A DNA stretch of 64,000 bases from an uncultured Planctomycetaceae bacterium (GCA_963833985.1 CAWIAD010000002.1:6240001-6304000), one strand, 5' to 3'. Positions 10,048 to 20,453 are shown, counted from the first letter of the stretch. Numbers and translations: made by a program. The notes: generated by a model from the sequence alone, not told the origin.

Positions 10048-10938
10048 TTAATAGTTGTGCAGGTAGAAGCGCGCACTCTCCCACGTGATCGACCGGCTGT
10101 GTTCAAGATGATCGCGCACGCGCCGGGCCTCGAGCGGAACCCAGATGTCGGTGCGCGTTTCCGCTTCCTCAAGAAGAACCAGCGCGAAGTCCCGCTCGCC
10201 GAACTGGTACAACAATTCGGCAGCGTGGACGCAGCCAGGTTTGATCGACGCGTCGCCCCCGTGCTCATCTCTGAGCGAAACCTCGGCTATCCTCTTGAGT
10301 GCGGGGATGGCGGCCTTCGCCTCGTCACCCGAAAGAAAGTGAAGTCCGGACATGGCCAGGTACCGTTTCCAGTGGTCGTGCGATCCGAGTGCGTCGAGCA
10401 AGGTTGGTAATGCGGCCTCTCCTTCCCCTTGTTGAGCCAGCGCATGGGCGGCCCGGAGACGATTGTCGCTGCTGCGATCTGCCAGCATTCGGGTGAGGGC
10501 GGAAACGAGATCGTCGCGATCCGGGTCATTCCGCATGGTGCGAATCTCTCCGAGGGCCGAGGCCGCGGAGGCGCGGACCAGGTCATCGGGATCGATCGTC
10601 GCCCGGATCAGGGCTGGGACTGCTTTCAGGCTGGCGGGACCGAATTCGGGCAAGGACGCGGCCGCGCTTCGCCGAACGCGCATGCTCGGATCTCTCAGTG
10701 CATCGATCAGAAAGTCAACAGCCTCAGCGGCGTTGACCCCTTTCGCCTGGCCGGAGCGCGCCCGGGTAATGGCTTCCCAGCGGCGTGGACCGTCATCGTC
10801 GTCATGAATCGCGTTCAGCCAGCTTTCGACCGGGTCCAGATGCGTCTTTTTCCAGACTGCCAGCAGCACGGCCGAGAGTGCGACGAGCGCAATCAAGGTC
10901 CGGACCCGGAACGTCACCCTTGGCCTGATCGCCGCCAT
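10048..10938 (-). CDS. HEAT-repeat protein with N-terminal membrane anchor (paralogue 1)
   Basis: DPSMRVRRSAAASL, AVPALI..DPDDLVRASAASALG, AALPTLLDAL repeats. Confidence 0.88.
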   Translation of the reverse strand: MAAIRPRVTFRVRTLIALVALSAVLLAVWKKTHLDPVESWLNAIHDDDDGPRRWEAITRARSGQAKGVNAAEAVDFLIDALRDPSMRVRRSAAASLPEFGPASLKAVPALIRATIDPDDLVRASAASALGEIRTMRNDPDRDDLVSALTRMLADRSSDNRLRAAHALAQQGEGEAALPTLLDALGSHDHWKRYLAMSGLHFLSGDEAKAAIPALKRIAEVSLRDEHGGDASIKPGCVHAAELLYQFGERDFALVLLEEAETRTDIWVPLEARRVRDHLEHSRSITWESARFYLHNY

Positions 10939-11019
10939 CTTCAAGCTCCTTCTCTGCCCTCTCTGACCGGACTGCGCTCCACAAATCTGCTCATTTTCTT
11001 AGTCCGTAAAAAGCACTCT

Positions 11020-11892
11020 TCAGAAGTTATCGCCCTGAGGTTGACGGGGCGCGAGACTCGATCGGATCCGCCGGGCCTCGTTACGTAGCTGGACGTCGGT
11101 CGACCTGTCGGCTTCGTCGAGGATCGCCAGGGCAGCTTCGTCCTCGCCGAACCGGTAGAGCAGTTCCGCGGCATACACCCGCCCAAGCTTCAGCGGCAGA
11201 TCACTTCCGCCCTCTGTCATGGCGGAGTCGGCAGCCATCTGCTTGATCGCGGGGACGGCGGACCTGGCCTCGGCACCCGACAGAAAACGCAGGCCCGAGA
11301 GTGCGAGGTAACGTCTCCAGCCGTGCCGTGGGCCGAGCGCCGTGATCAGTATCGGTAGTGCGGTCGCACCCTCACCCTGTTGTGCCAGCGAATGGGCCGC
11401 TCTCAGGCGATTGTCCCCTTGTGAGTCGTCCAGCAAACGGCTGAGCGCGGCGATCAACTCTGTGCGGGAGGGGTCATCACCGGGGAGAGCGATCTCGCCC
11501 AGAGCATAGGCGGCATGGCCGCGAACCACATAGTCCGGATCGTCGAGCGCTTGGATCAAGGCCGGTACCGCCGTGCGGCTCGCGGCTCCAAATCGGGGCA
11601 AGGCCGCAGCCGCGGTCTGGCGCACGCGAATGCTCGGGTCGCTCAGTGCTTCGCTGAGCAGCGCGACGGCCGTGGCGGTGTCGGGACCTGTCGCGCCGCC
11701 GCGTAGCGCCAGGTTGATCGCATCCCAGCGCCGGGGACCGTTATCGTCGTCGTGGATGGCGCTCTGCCAGCGCCGGACTGGGGCAAGAGACGTCTCCTTA
11801 CAGATCGCGAGCACAAGGGCCGCGACGGCGACGAAAGCGACCAGTGTCCGGATGCGGAACGTGATTCCCGGCCGCCGTGCGGTCATGGCCAT
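11020..11892 (-). CDS. HEAT-repeat protein with N-terminal membrane anchor (paralogue 2)
   Basis: DPSIRVRQTAAAAL, AVPALIQALDDPDYVVRGHAAYALG. Colinear similarity with the neighbouring gene. Confidence 0.88.
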   Translation of the reverse strand: MAMTARRPGITFRIRTLVAFVAVAALVLAICKETSLAPVRRWQSAIHDDDNGPRRWDAINLALRGGATGPDTATAVALLSEALSDPSIRVRQTAAAALPRFGAASRTAVPALIQALDDPDYVVRGHAAYALGEIALPGDDPSRTELIAALSRLLDDSQGDNRLRAAHSLAQQGEGATALPILITALGPRHGWRRYLALSGLRFLSGAEARSAVPAIKQMAADSAMTEGGSDLPLKLGRVYAAELLYRFGEDEAALAILDEADRSTDVQLRNEARRIRSSLAPRQPQGDNF

Positions 11893-12030
11893 GTCTCCCG
11901 GCTGCGGGTTTGACGCAACAAAAAAATCCAAGATGACAAGGTCATAGCATCCTGATTGCTGAACTGAAAGCAACGGCTTGGCTGCATGGCGACTCGCCCT
12001 GGGCGTATGAGCCAGGCAATGGATGAGGCA

Positions 12031-12849
12031 TTACGGGTTTTGCGCAAGGTAATCTCTCACCGTGCTATCACTGAAGGATTCGCGGACTTCATAGGACTGG
12101 CCCGATTTCGGGTCGATCAACTTGACATTCCACAAGAATGGTGACTCTGGGGATGACTGGGTCGCCACGACCTGATGTCCCTTCAAGGAAACGCCTGGCT
12201 GACTCCTCTTGATGGACTGCTCCGCTTCCCAGATTGCGGTCGCTTCGATCGCTGATCTCCGCCGTCCGGCAAAGGTGGGGAAGCTGGCTCTCAGTCCGTC
12301 CCTCGCTTTCTGTTCGACGTAGGCGGCTGTTGCGACTCCGCGTAAGCTGAAAGGCATTTCCGCGAACCACGCACGTGACGACAACCACTTGTCAGCCGCC
12401 TGCGCCATCTTTTCCAGTGGGGCCAGGTCCCCCGCAGTCTGACTTCGACCTGAAATCAGGCTGGTGGCTGTTTTGCGGTATGACCGTGCGTATTCTGACG
12501 CCTGCCTCGCCGCGTTCCTGTGAGCCGCAGCCGCTTTCGCCCACAGGGCGGATCGCGCGGTTTGAATGCTTCGCCCGTCCGGGACGTTCGATCTGGCCCC
12601 CGCTTTCACTTCACTTTCAGCCCGTTCCAGGCAACGCGCGGCAGCCTCATTCTCTTCTCTCTCTCGACTCTGTTGAGCCGTGGCGGCTCGGCCAAGCAAC
12701 TCGATCTGAAGATTCACGAGCTGATCCGAGCGACGATAACGGCGAAGCTTTGCCGGCCGGTCCACCATCGTGATATACAGACCCAGGACTGCTGCCGTAA
12801 GAGCCACGGCGATCAGCCACTTGCGAGTTGACATTCTGCGTCTGGGCAT
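12031..12849 (-). CDS. Hypothetical membrane-anchored protein
   Basis: MPRRRMSTRKWLIAVALTAAVLG, then a helical region. Same orientation as neighbours. Confidence 0.65.
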   Translation of the reverse strand: MPRRRMSTRKWLIAVALTAAVLGLYITMVDRPAKLRRYRRSDQLVNLQIELLGRAATAQQSREREENEAAARCLERAESEVKAGARSNVPDGRSIQTARSALWAKAAAAHRNAARQASEYARSYRKTATSLISGRSQTAGDLAPLEKMAQAADKWLSSRAWFAEMPFSLRGVATAAYVEQKARDGLRASFPTFAGRRRSAIEATAIWEAEQSIKRSQPGVSLKGHQVVATQSSPESPFLWNVKLIDPKSGQSYEVRESFSDSTVRDYLAQNP

Positions 12850-12966
12850 GGCCAAACCCCTATCGCCTCGACCCTCTGGCTTTTGTTTTGCCTCGAAAAA
12901 GATAATCATACGCTTGCGTCGTGAGGTACCAATCCCTCGTGCGTCTTCGGAGCCTCGCGGAATACT

Positions 12967-15435
12967 TCAGCCCCTCGCGGCTTCCAGCACCAGCACCGCG
13001 TCTTCCCAGCCTTCCGGCGTCGCGAATGTCTGCACGCCGGTCTTCGAGAGCTTTTCGATCGGCTCCTGGTTGCCGGTTCGCGGATCGATCCAGCGCCCGC
13101 GGACCTGCCCGCTGGAACTGGCTGCGAGCTTATCCAGCTTGATGGCGACCTCGGTCTTGCCGCCCAGGTAAACCAGGATCCAGCGCCCTTCCTTGTGGCG
13201 CGCGGCCAGGTTCAAGATCTGTCCGCTCGTGTTCCCACCACGGGTAAAGACATCCTGGTCGGGGACCAGGTTCCACCATTCCGGCAGGTCTTCAAACGTC
13301 TTCTTCAAGATACCAAGCTGCGTGGCGCCCGGCGCGTTGAGGGCCTGCTTCCAGGTCGGCAGCACGCGCCAGCTATCGTTGTGGCCGTAGGTGTGGTGGG
13401 CACCGGCGAGGTAGGAATAGTAAGCTTGCCGGCGCACCCAGAGCGGCGTGACGTCGAAGCCGTATTCCGAACCCTGCTCGTAGGCGCCCTCGGCCATGAG
13501 CACGGGCTTGGCCGGCCTGAGATGGTAATCCCTGGTCACGAACGGATAGATCAATTCCACTTGCTTCCAGACCTGCATCGAGTCGAAGTCAAGCCAGGGC
13601 TCATCATGAATGAAGCTCGAGGAGTAGGGAGCAGGGTCGGGCTTGAAGGTGATGAGGTGGGCGCCGCCATCGCCCTCGTGCAGGCCGGCCGCCAGCTCGC
13701 GCAGCACCGGCACGAACTCGGGCTTCGCCTCGGGGGTCATCGACCAGACGATGTTCGGCATGTCCTTGTAGCGGCTGGCCAGCCATTTCGCCCAGGCGCG
13801 GGCGTTGGACAGGGTGATGAACTTGCGATAGCGCTGGTGGTAGAGCGTCATGGAGATGTTGAAGTCCTGCTCGCGGGCGATCCGCAGGACGGCGTCGACG
13901 TTCCGGAAATAGTCCTCGTTGGGCGTGAGCGGGTTGTTGTCGTTCCAGGGTTTGGCACCGTGGATGTTCGGCTTGGTGCCGTCGCCCACGCCCATTACCA
14001 TCACCTGGGCGAAGACGAAGCCGTGCTGCTTGCTTTTCTCGATGATCGTGCGCGCGTCCTCCAGCGAGTACTCGCGGAAAAGCTGCCACTGGGTGGTGCC
14101 CATCCAGAAGACGGGGCGGCCCTTCTGGTCGACGAAGTAGCGGCCGTCGGCGCTGACCTTCGCGGGGTAGACCGGCTCCTCGGCCGGACTGGCGAGGGCC
14201 TCGTCGACGGCGGTGCGGAAGATTCGCATGGCGCCGCCGTGGTTCGTCGGCAGCACCTGGGTCATGAGCACCGCGACCAGTTCGTGGCCGGGGTCGATCC
14301 AGAAATCGGTCGAGAAGAACCCTGCCCAGAAGTAGCGGCCGAGCGTGGGCCTGACGTCGTTCGCCTGCCTGTGCAGCTCCAGCCCGAAACCGAGGCCATA
14401 CTTCATCCCCATGGCCGAGTGGCTGCCAATCTGGTTGGTGGTCATCAGCGCGATCGTTTCGGGCTTGAGGATCCGCACGCCCTCCAGTGCACCGCCGTTT
14501 TGCAGCATGAGGGCAAACCGCGTGTAATCACGCGCCGTCGAGAACAGCCCGCCGCCGCCGGAGAAAAACGTCGCCGAGCCGTAGCGGCGAGGCAAGGGAG
14601 AGAGATGGCCTTCCGCACCGGCGCGGTAGGTCGTCGCCACCCGCGCCTGCTTGCCCTCGGGCACGTGAAAGAACGTGTCGCGCATGTCGAGTGGAGTGAA
14701 GATGTGTTCCTTGAGATAAGCGTCAAAGCTCTGGCCGGAGACGACCTCGATGAGCCGGCCGAGCACGTCGTGGCTGAGCCCATAGGTCCACCCTTCTCCG
14801 GGCTGGTGCGCCAGCGGGGCCCTTGCCAGGCGGGTTACCTGTTCGGCGATGGTCTTGAGCCCGGGAGCCTGAACTCTCGCCAGGGCATAACCCTTCCCCA
14901 GTCGGTCGTTGCTGGACATGAAGCTGCCGTACGAGAAGCCCGAGGTGTGCGACAGCAGGTCGCGCACGGTGACGCCGCGCCGGGCGGCAACCGTGGCAAT
15001 CTCGGTGTCGGTGTCATTCTTTGGATCGCCCAGCACCCGCAGGTCCTTGAGCTCGGGGATGTACCGCGCGATCGGGTCATCGAGGCCGACCTTGCCCTGC
15101 TCCACCAGCCGCATCACGCCGACGCAGGTGATGGGCTTGGACATCGAGGCGATGGCGAAGATCGTGTCCTCGGTCATCAGCTCTTTGGTTTCCAGGTTGC
15201 GGTAGCCGAACGCGGTCGAGAACGCCACCCTGCCCCGGTGCGCAATCACCGCGACGCCGCCGGGGATCTTGCCGTCGTCGACCAGCTTCTGGAACGCCGG
15301 CCTGAGCCGGTCAAGCCGGGCAGTTGAAAGCCCCACCGGGGCCGGGTCCGCCCCTGCGCCCGGTAGCTTGCCGGCCTGGCTTGCCTGGGAGAACAAGAGA
15401 ACCAGCCCTGCGATCAGGCCCGTGCGACGATTCAT
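12967..15435 (-). CDS. Secreted beta-lactamase-family serine hydrolase fused to DUF4038 (GH140/apiosidase-like) and putative collagen-binding domains
   Basis: ASMSK (SxxK), LLSHTSG, PGEGWTYG, GGGGLFST. Then KVSADGRYFVDQKGRPVFWMGTTQW, KPVLMAEGAYE, HTYGHN, WIDPRTG. Confidence 0.88.
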   Translation of the reverse strand: MNRRTGLIAGLVLLFSQASQAGKLPGAGADPAPVGLSTARLDRLRPAFQKLVDDGKIPGGVAVIAHRGRVAFSTAFGYRNLETKELMTEDTIFAIASMSKPITCVGVMRLVEQGKVGLDDPIARYIPELKDLRVLGDPKNDTDTEIATVAARRGVTVRDLLSHTSGFSYGSFMSSNDRLGKGYALARVQAPGLKTIAEQVTRLARAPLAHQPGEGWTYGLSHDVLGRLIEVVSGQSFDAYLKEHIFTPLDMRDTFFHVPEGKQARVATTYRAGAEGHLSPLPRRYGSATFFSGGGGLFSTARDYTRFALMLQNGGALEGVRILKPETIALMTTNQIGSHSAMGMKYGLGFGLELHRQANDVRPTLGRYFWAGFFSTDFWIDPGHELVAVLMTQVLPTNHGGAMRIFRTAVDEALASPAEEPVYPAKVSADGRYFVDQKGRPVFWMGTTQWQLFREYSLEDARTIIEKSKQHGFVFAQVMVMGVGDGTKPNIHGAKPWNDNNPLTPNEDYFRNVDAVLRIAREQDFNISMTLYHQRYRKFITLSNARAWAKWLASRYKDMPNIVWSMTPEAKPEFVPVLRELAAGLHEGDGGAHLITFKPDPAPYSSSFIHDEPWLDFDSMQVWKQVELIYPFVTRDYHLRPAKPVLMAEGAYEQGSEYGFDVTPLWVRRQAYYSYLAGAHHTYGHNDSWRVLPTWKQALNAPGATQLGILKKTFEDLPEWWNLVPDQDVFTRGGNTSGQILNLAARHKEGRWILVYLGGKTEVAIKLDKLAASSSGQVRGRWIDPRTGNQEPIEKLSKTGVQTFATPEGWEDAVLVLEAARG

Positions 15436-15669
15436 CAGGTTTCTCCCACGCTCTGAACCCCGGGTGCGGTGCGACATCGGCAGCGAGCTTCATTCGACAG
15501 CGCACCACGGGCTCAGTCAAGCAGCGAAGGCAGCCGGAGAACGAACGCCCAGAGCACCCGTTCAGCTCAACGGCCATGACACCGGGCACGGCCCACGCGA
15601 CTCGGCGGCAGGCGGCGGTTATCCTGGGGACCATTCCGCACGGCCTGGTCCGCAACAGGGAGATGTGCC

Positions 15670-17103
15670 ATGGGAACAATCCTGACCCAGATCGATCACC
15701 TCATCGTGGTGATGCTCGAGAACCGCTCGCTGGACAACCTCTGCGGCTGGCTCTACGCGGACCAGACGCCGGCGCATGTGCTGCCGCAGGGGAGTGCTGC
15801 CGCCTTCGACGGCGTGAACCCGAATCTCTGGAATCCGTCAAACGCCTCCTACTTTCAGGGCCAGCCGCCCGAGAAGGTCTTCGTGACCCGGGGCGCGTCG
15901 AGTACGACCGTGCCCGATCCCGACCCGGAGGAGGCGTTCGATCACATCACCTTCCAGCTTTACGGCCCGCAGGGCGCGGTTCCCGACCCGCACTGGCCCA
16001 TGCAGGGGTTCGTGATCGATTATGCGTCCACCGGCGCGGCGAACCCCGCGCAGATCATGGAGTGCTACACGCCGGACCAGGTTCCCGTGACGAGCGCGCT
16101 GGCACGCAATTTCGCCATCTCGGACCGCTGGTTCAGCGCCACGCCCAACCAGACCTGGCCCAATCGCTGTTTCGTGCACGCCGGCACGTCCAACGGCAAC
16201 GTGGACAACGGCGCGATTCCCGATCCGTTCCAGTGGAACGTGCCCTCGATCTTCAACGTGCTCGAGGCCATGGGCGTGAGCTGGACCGTTTACTGCGATA
16301 CGGTCGTCACTCCGTCACTCACCCGCGCCATGTTTCCAAAGCTCTGGGACCCGTTTCTCGACGGCCATTTCCTGAGCTTCCCAGCCTTCGAGTACGCCTG
16401 TGCGAAAGGATCACTGCCGAGCTACAGCTTCATCGAGCCGAGTTTCATGGTCGACCCGAACGACGCTCATCCGCCCCACGACGTCACCGCGGCCGAGCAG
16501 TTCCTGCACGCCATCTGGCAGGCCGTGAGCCAGTCGCCGAAATGGAACAAGATCCTCCTGGTGATCACCTTCGACGAGCACGGCGGCTGCTATGACCACG
16601 TCTTGCCTCCGACGAATGCCGCCACGCCGGATGTGGCCAGCAACCCCGGCGCGGAGGGTTTCCACTTCGACCGTTTCGGTGTCCGCGTGCCTGCGATCGT
16701 CGTGTCCCCCTACATCGAGCCCGGGACGGTGTTTCGCGCAACCGTTTCGGACGCCGGCACGCCCTACGATCACACGTCGATCCTGGCGACGCTGCGCGAC
16801 TGGCTGGCGATCCCCGATACAATCATGCTTCCGAGTGCCCGCATTGCCCGCGCACCCACCCTGGCGTCGGTGCTCACGCGCTCGGCTCCGCGGTCGGATT
16901 TGCCCACGATTTCCGCTCCCGCCATGCTTGCCCCGCGCGTTCAGCTCGCCGTGCCAACGCCGATCAACGGACTGCAAAAGAGCCTGCTCACCGCCTCGGC
17001 CATTCGCTTCGGGATGAATCCCACAGCGGTCATGCAATCGATCCCGACGGTTGGCGACGCCGTGAAGTTTTTCCAGCAACGAGCGTCGATGGCGGCATCG
17101 TAG
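15670..17103 (+). CDS. Phosphoesterase / phospholipase C family protein
   Basis: IDHLIVVMLENRSLD, TWPNR, DAHPPH, ITFDEHGGCYDHV, GVRVPAIVVSP, YDHTSIL. Confidence 0.93.
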   Translation: MGTILTQIDHLIVVMLENRSLDNLCGWLYADQTPAHVLPQGSAAAFDGVNPNLWNPSNASYFQGQPPEKVFVTRGASSTTVPDPDPEEAFDHITFQLYGPQGAVPDPHWPMQGFVIDYASTGAANPAQIMECYTPDQVPVTSALARNFAISDRWFSATPNQTWPNRCFVHAGTSNGNVDNGAIPDPFQWNVPSIFNVLEAMGVSWTVYCDTVVTPSLTRAMFPKLWDPFLDGHFLSFPAFEYACAKGSLPSYSFIEPSFMVDPNDAHPPHDVTAAEQFLHAIWQAVSQSPKWNKILLVITFDEHGGCYDHVLPPTNAATPDVASNPGAEGFHFDRFGVRVPAIVVSPYIEPGTVFRATVSDAGTPYDHTSILATLRDWLAIPDTIMLPSARIARAPTLASVLTRSAPRSDLPTISAPAMLAPRVQLAVPTPINGLQKSLLTASAIRFGMNPTAVMQSIPTVGDAVKFFQQRASMAAS

Positions 17104-17171
17104 ACGCGCACTCACTTGTGCCATACGGGGAACCGCCGCGGCGCAGCGCGGACCGAGTGGGAGCGGTCCGA

Positions 17172-19622
17172 CTACGGGCTCACGACGGAGATGGCCCGGT
17201 CGAGCACCTCGTCGCGGCCCTCGGCGACACCGCGGATGGTGCGCGCGGCCGGGACAGTGGGAAGGATGCCGACGCCGTGGTGCCGGGCTCCGTCATGTTT
17301 GAGCACCTTCATGCCGGTCCACGTCACCCGAATGCCGCCGGGCAGGGAGAACGGGTTCACGTTGCCGTTGGTCCCGGCGGTCGGGCCGCCCACAATTGCC
17401 CCGAGCTTGTCGTTTTCGATGATGCCCAGGTACGTCTCTGCGTAGCTGATGGCCCGTCCGTCGGTCAGGAACGCGATCTTCCCGTGAAAACGGGGTGCTT
17501 TGGGCTGCACGAACCAGTTCGAGAAGAGGAATCCCATGTCACGACGGTCGGGTATGTAGGTCACGGGAATCAGCCACTGCGCGCAGGTCACCGGCTTGTC
17601 GATCAGGTGTCCGATCGACTCCGGCCCGACCGCTGCGGGGTAGCCGCGGACGTCGAAGATGATGCCCCGGGCCTCCGCCAATCGCGCCACGGCCGCGTCG
17701 AATTCTTTCTGGGAAATGCGGCTCAGGTCAACGTACATCAGTCCCGGCTTGATCGTTGCGATGCTGGCCGGCCGGGGCTCCCGCAGCGCCAGAAAGGCGG
17801 GTCTGTCGAGTGCTCGCCGCAGCGAAACCGTCAGCGTCTGGAAATCCGGGCCGGCGGGTCGCGATTCCGGGCTGGCCGGGGCGCCGGAATTGGTCGTCAC
17901 ACGGCGGATCTTCAGGGTGATCTCACTGCCGCTTGTTCCCGCGGCAGCCGCGCTGAGAGCGCGCTCGCGCCGCCATTGCGGTGTGGCGCCCGAGATCGTG
18001 GTTTCCTTCTCGGCCAGTACCTCCGCCGTCGGTTTGCCATCGATCTGGACCACGACGTCACCGGGCTTGAGCCCGCCGGCTCCGTGTGCAGCGACTCCGG
18101 TCACGACGAGCTGGTTTTCGATCCAGTCCCACCCGATGGGGGGGAACGATTGCAGGACGAACGCGGCAGGCACGTGAACACCGCCGTGACCGTCGTGCAG
18201 CGCGGCGACCAGGCGACCGAGGGTCTTCACAAAGGCACGCTCGTCGGCATCCTCGGCTGCCCGGCTGAGCGCCAGGCGCAGTTCCCTGGGCCAGTCTGCT
18301 TCAACCACGTCAAAGTAGGGATAGAAGTGCTGGAAGACGTTCCACGCAAGAACGACATCGGCCAGACGGGTGGCGCGGTCGTTGCCGCTGGGTTCAAAGC
18401 CGCTGGGACGTGCCGCGACGGGAGGAGCGGCCTGCTGATCTCCGGGCTGGTTTCCCGCATCGGCCCGGGGTAGCGTGCCCTTCGAGTCTCCTTCGAGCGC
18501 AATCGGGACCAGGCAGGACACTCCTCCGCCCAGGTTCGCCGCGTACGGCTTGCGAGGATCGGGAAGCCGGAGATCGGGCAAGCCCGGCCCCAGCAGCCAC
18601 CTGGGCAAGCGCACGTTGACGCGCTGACTTGAATACACGGGAGACTGGCCGAGTCCGACGCCGACATGCAGCCAGGCCACGGTTCGTGTCGCCTTGGGAT
18701 TCCCGGTTGCGTACTTTTTCTCCTCCCCTGCCGCCAGTCCGGCGGCGCCCGGCCCGGCTTCGGCGGGCGGGCTGCCGGTAGGGAATATGCGCACGGAAGG
18801 GGCGATCGGGCGGAACAGGCGTTGCAGAATGCGAGCCAGCTCATCGGGGGACCTCGCCGGCTCGACCGCGCGCACTCCGTCGCTGGCGAACCGGTTCCAG
18901 TCCGTGGCAGCGGCCTCATCGCTGGGATGGAAATAGCGGACGTAACCGAGGAGCCTGGCAAAGGCCACGAGGTTCTCCAGCCCGCGACCCTCCAGCGCCC
19001 GGGCGGGCTCATTCCCTTCGCCAATTCTGCCGATGACATCGAAGCGAACGTCGTCGAGCCAGGCCCGCCCACGACCGATGAGCATCAGCCCCAGGACAAT
19101 CTGCTCGGCGTCCTCGGCCACCTCGCCAACAATCGAGTCATCGCGCCACTGCGCATGGACGATCGGCCGGTCCTGCATGTTGTCGAAGAAGCCAACGTTA
19201 CCCCCCTTGCGGTCAACCCGCATCCAGAGTTGACCCTGGTTGCCGGCTCCGGACACCTCCACACGGACCGCGGCCCGGAACCGGACGCGCCGGCCACGGA
19301 AAGGCGTCGCGTCGAGAGTTTGCATGAGATTTCCGAACCCGGAAGTTGGCGCTTTCACGTTCTCGCCGCTCAGCAGCCCGCAGCGCCGGCCCTGGTGCGG
19401 GCGGTCCTCGGTGAGACTTGCGGCATAGCCGGCGTTCTGTGAGGGAGCCGGCAAAAACCAACCGTCCGGAACATTGCCCAGCTTCCCACTCTCGAAACCG
19501 GGGTTGGCAATTCCCGGGCCCGGATCAGCCCCCGCACTCGTTCCGACAAGCAACAACCAGAGCCCGCCGGCTGCCATCAGGACTCGACGCACGCTCCAGA
19601 CGGAGTAGGACAAAGCTGTCAT
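17172..19622 (-). CDS. Secreted S41 family peptidase with N-terminal beta-sandwich and PDZ domains
   Basis: Signal peptide; NPGFE..W domain; LHDGHG, IIFDVRGYP, AISYAE (catalytic Ser), PTAGTNG, GVGILP. Confidence 0.9.
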   Translation of the reverse strand: MTALSYSVWSVRRVLMAAGGLWLLLVGTSAGADPGPGIANPGFESGKLGNVPDGWFLPAPSQNAGYAASLTEDRPHQGRRCGLLSGENVKAPTSGFGNLMQTLDATPFRGRRVRFRAAVRVEVSGAGNQGQLWMRVDRKGGNVGFFDNMQDRPIVHAQWRDDSIVGEVAEDAEQIVLGLMLIGRGRAWLDDVRFDVIGRIGEGNEPARALEGRGLENLVAFARLLGYVRYFHPSDEAAATDWNRFASDGVRAVEPARSPDELARILQRLFRPIAPSVRIFPTGSPPAEAGPGAAGLAAGEEKKYATGNPKATRTVAWLHVGVGLGQSPVYSSQRVNVRLPRWLLGPGLPDLRLPDPRKPYAANLGGGVSCLVPIALEGDSKGTLPRADAGNQPGDQQAAPPVAARPSGFEPSGNDRATRLADVVLAWNVFQHFYPYFDVVEADWPRELRLALSRAAEDADERAFVKTLGRLVAALHDGHGGVHVPAAFVLQSFPPIGWDWIENQLVVTGVAAHGAGGLKPGDVVVQIDGKPTAEVLAEKETTISGATPQWRRERALSAAAAGTSGSEITLKIRRVTTNSGAPASPESRPAGPDFQTLTVSLRRALDRPAFLALREPRPASIATIKPGLMYVDLSRISQKEFDAAVARLAEARGIIFDVRGYPAAVGPESIGHLIDKPVTCAQWLIPVTYIPDRRDMGFLFSNWFVQPKAPRFHGKIAFLTDGRAISYAETYLGIIENDKLGAIVGGPTAGTNGNVNPFSLPGGIRVTWTGMKVLKHDGARHHGVGILPTVPAARTIRGVAEGRDEVLDRAISVVSP

Positions 19623-19643
19623 TTCGTTACCTCATCACCCGTG

Positions 19644-20387
19644 TCAGTCTTCCTGCCGGTATTCCCAGCCCCCGCCCAGCGCCACGCCCATGCCCGATGA
19701 GCTGAACGGACCGGCGCCGTTGTGCTCGGGACCCATCCGCACGAAGCCCGATGGGCCGGACGGGTTGGGGTCCAGAAGCAGGCCCACGTTGTGCGAGGCG
19801 GGGTCCATCCGGGCGCCGCGCATCCAGAAGAGGCCAGCCTGCCGCGGAAACGAAATGGATTGACCGGCTGCCGCCTGATCGGCCAGTTGCTCCAGGGCCG
19901 GTCGCGACACGAGAAACGCCAGCCGCAAGGGCCACAGGGTCACCACCGTCCCGGGCGGCACCGCGGTCAGGAGCAAGACCGCCAGCGCGGCGACGTGCGG
20001 CCGGCGCCTTGGCATCGCACCCGGTTCGGTCGCCAGGATGGCCCATGCCACTCCCAGCGCGACGAGGGTGGGCGTGATGATGAACACCGTGGCCAGGAAA
20101 ATGGCCGGCATGGCCTGGTAATGCGGCTCTATGCAAGTCGCCGCCGCGAGCATGCTCATCACGATTGCTGTCAAGAGGAAGCCAAGCGCCGCGGTGCGCC
20201 GGTGTCCGCCCGAGACCACCGCTTGAGCAAAAACCAGGGCCGCGATGGGACACGCGAACACGGCCGCGAGCACGAGCCATTGCGACGTCACGACCAGGCC
20301 TACCGCGACGACGGCGATGGCGATCATCCCGGTTCGGATCGTGAACCGTGGAGACCAGGTATTCATCCGTGCCACGTGAGACATCAT
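19644..20387 (-). CDS. Hypothetical multi-pass membrane protein
   Basis: Several hydrophobic helices; N-terminal PRFTIRTGMIAIAV. Confidence 0.75.
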   Translation of the reverse strand: MMSHVARMNTWSPRFTIRTGMIAIAVVAVGLVVTSQWLVLAAVFACPIAALVFAQAVVSGGHRRTAALGFLLTAIVMSMLAAATCIEPHYQAMPAIFLATVFIITPTLVALGVAWAILATEPGAMPRRRPHVAALAVLLLTAVPPGTVVTLWPLRLAFLVSRPALEQLADQAAAGQSISFPRQAGLFWMRGARMDPASHNVGLLLDPNPSGPSGFVRMGPEHNGAGPFSSSGMGVALGGGWEYRQED

Positions 20388-20453
20388 GGAAGCGGATCCA
20401 TTTCTTTGATGACAACCTCGGTGGCCGGAGAGTCGCAGGAGACCGCAATTCTC

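Noticed and set aside
12967..15435. Antibiotic-resistance beta-lactamase
   Set aside because: Motifs fit the broad esterase-like serine hydrolase family and it is fused to a glycosidase-like domain; nothing supports resistance.
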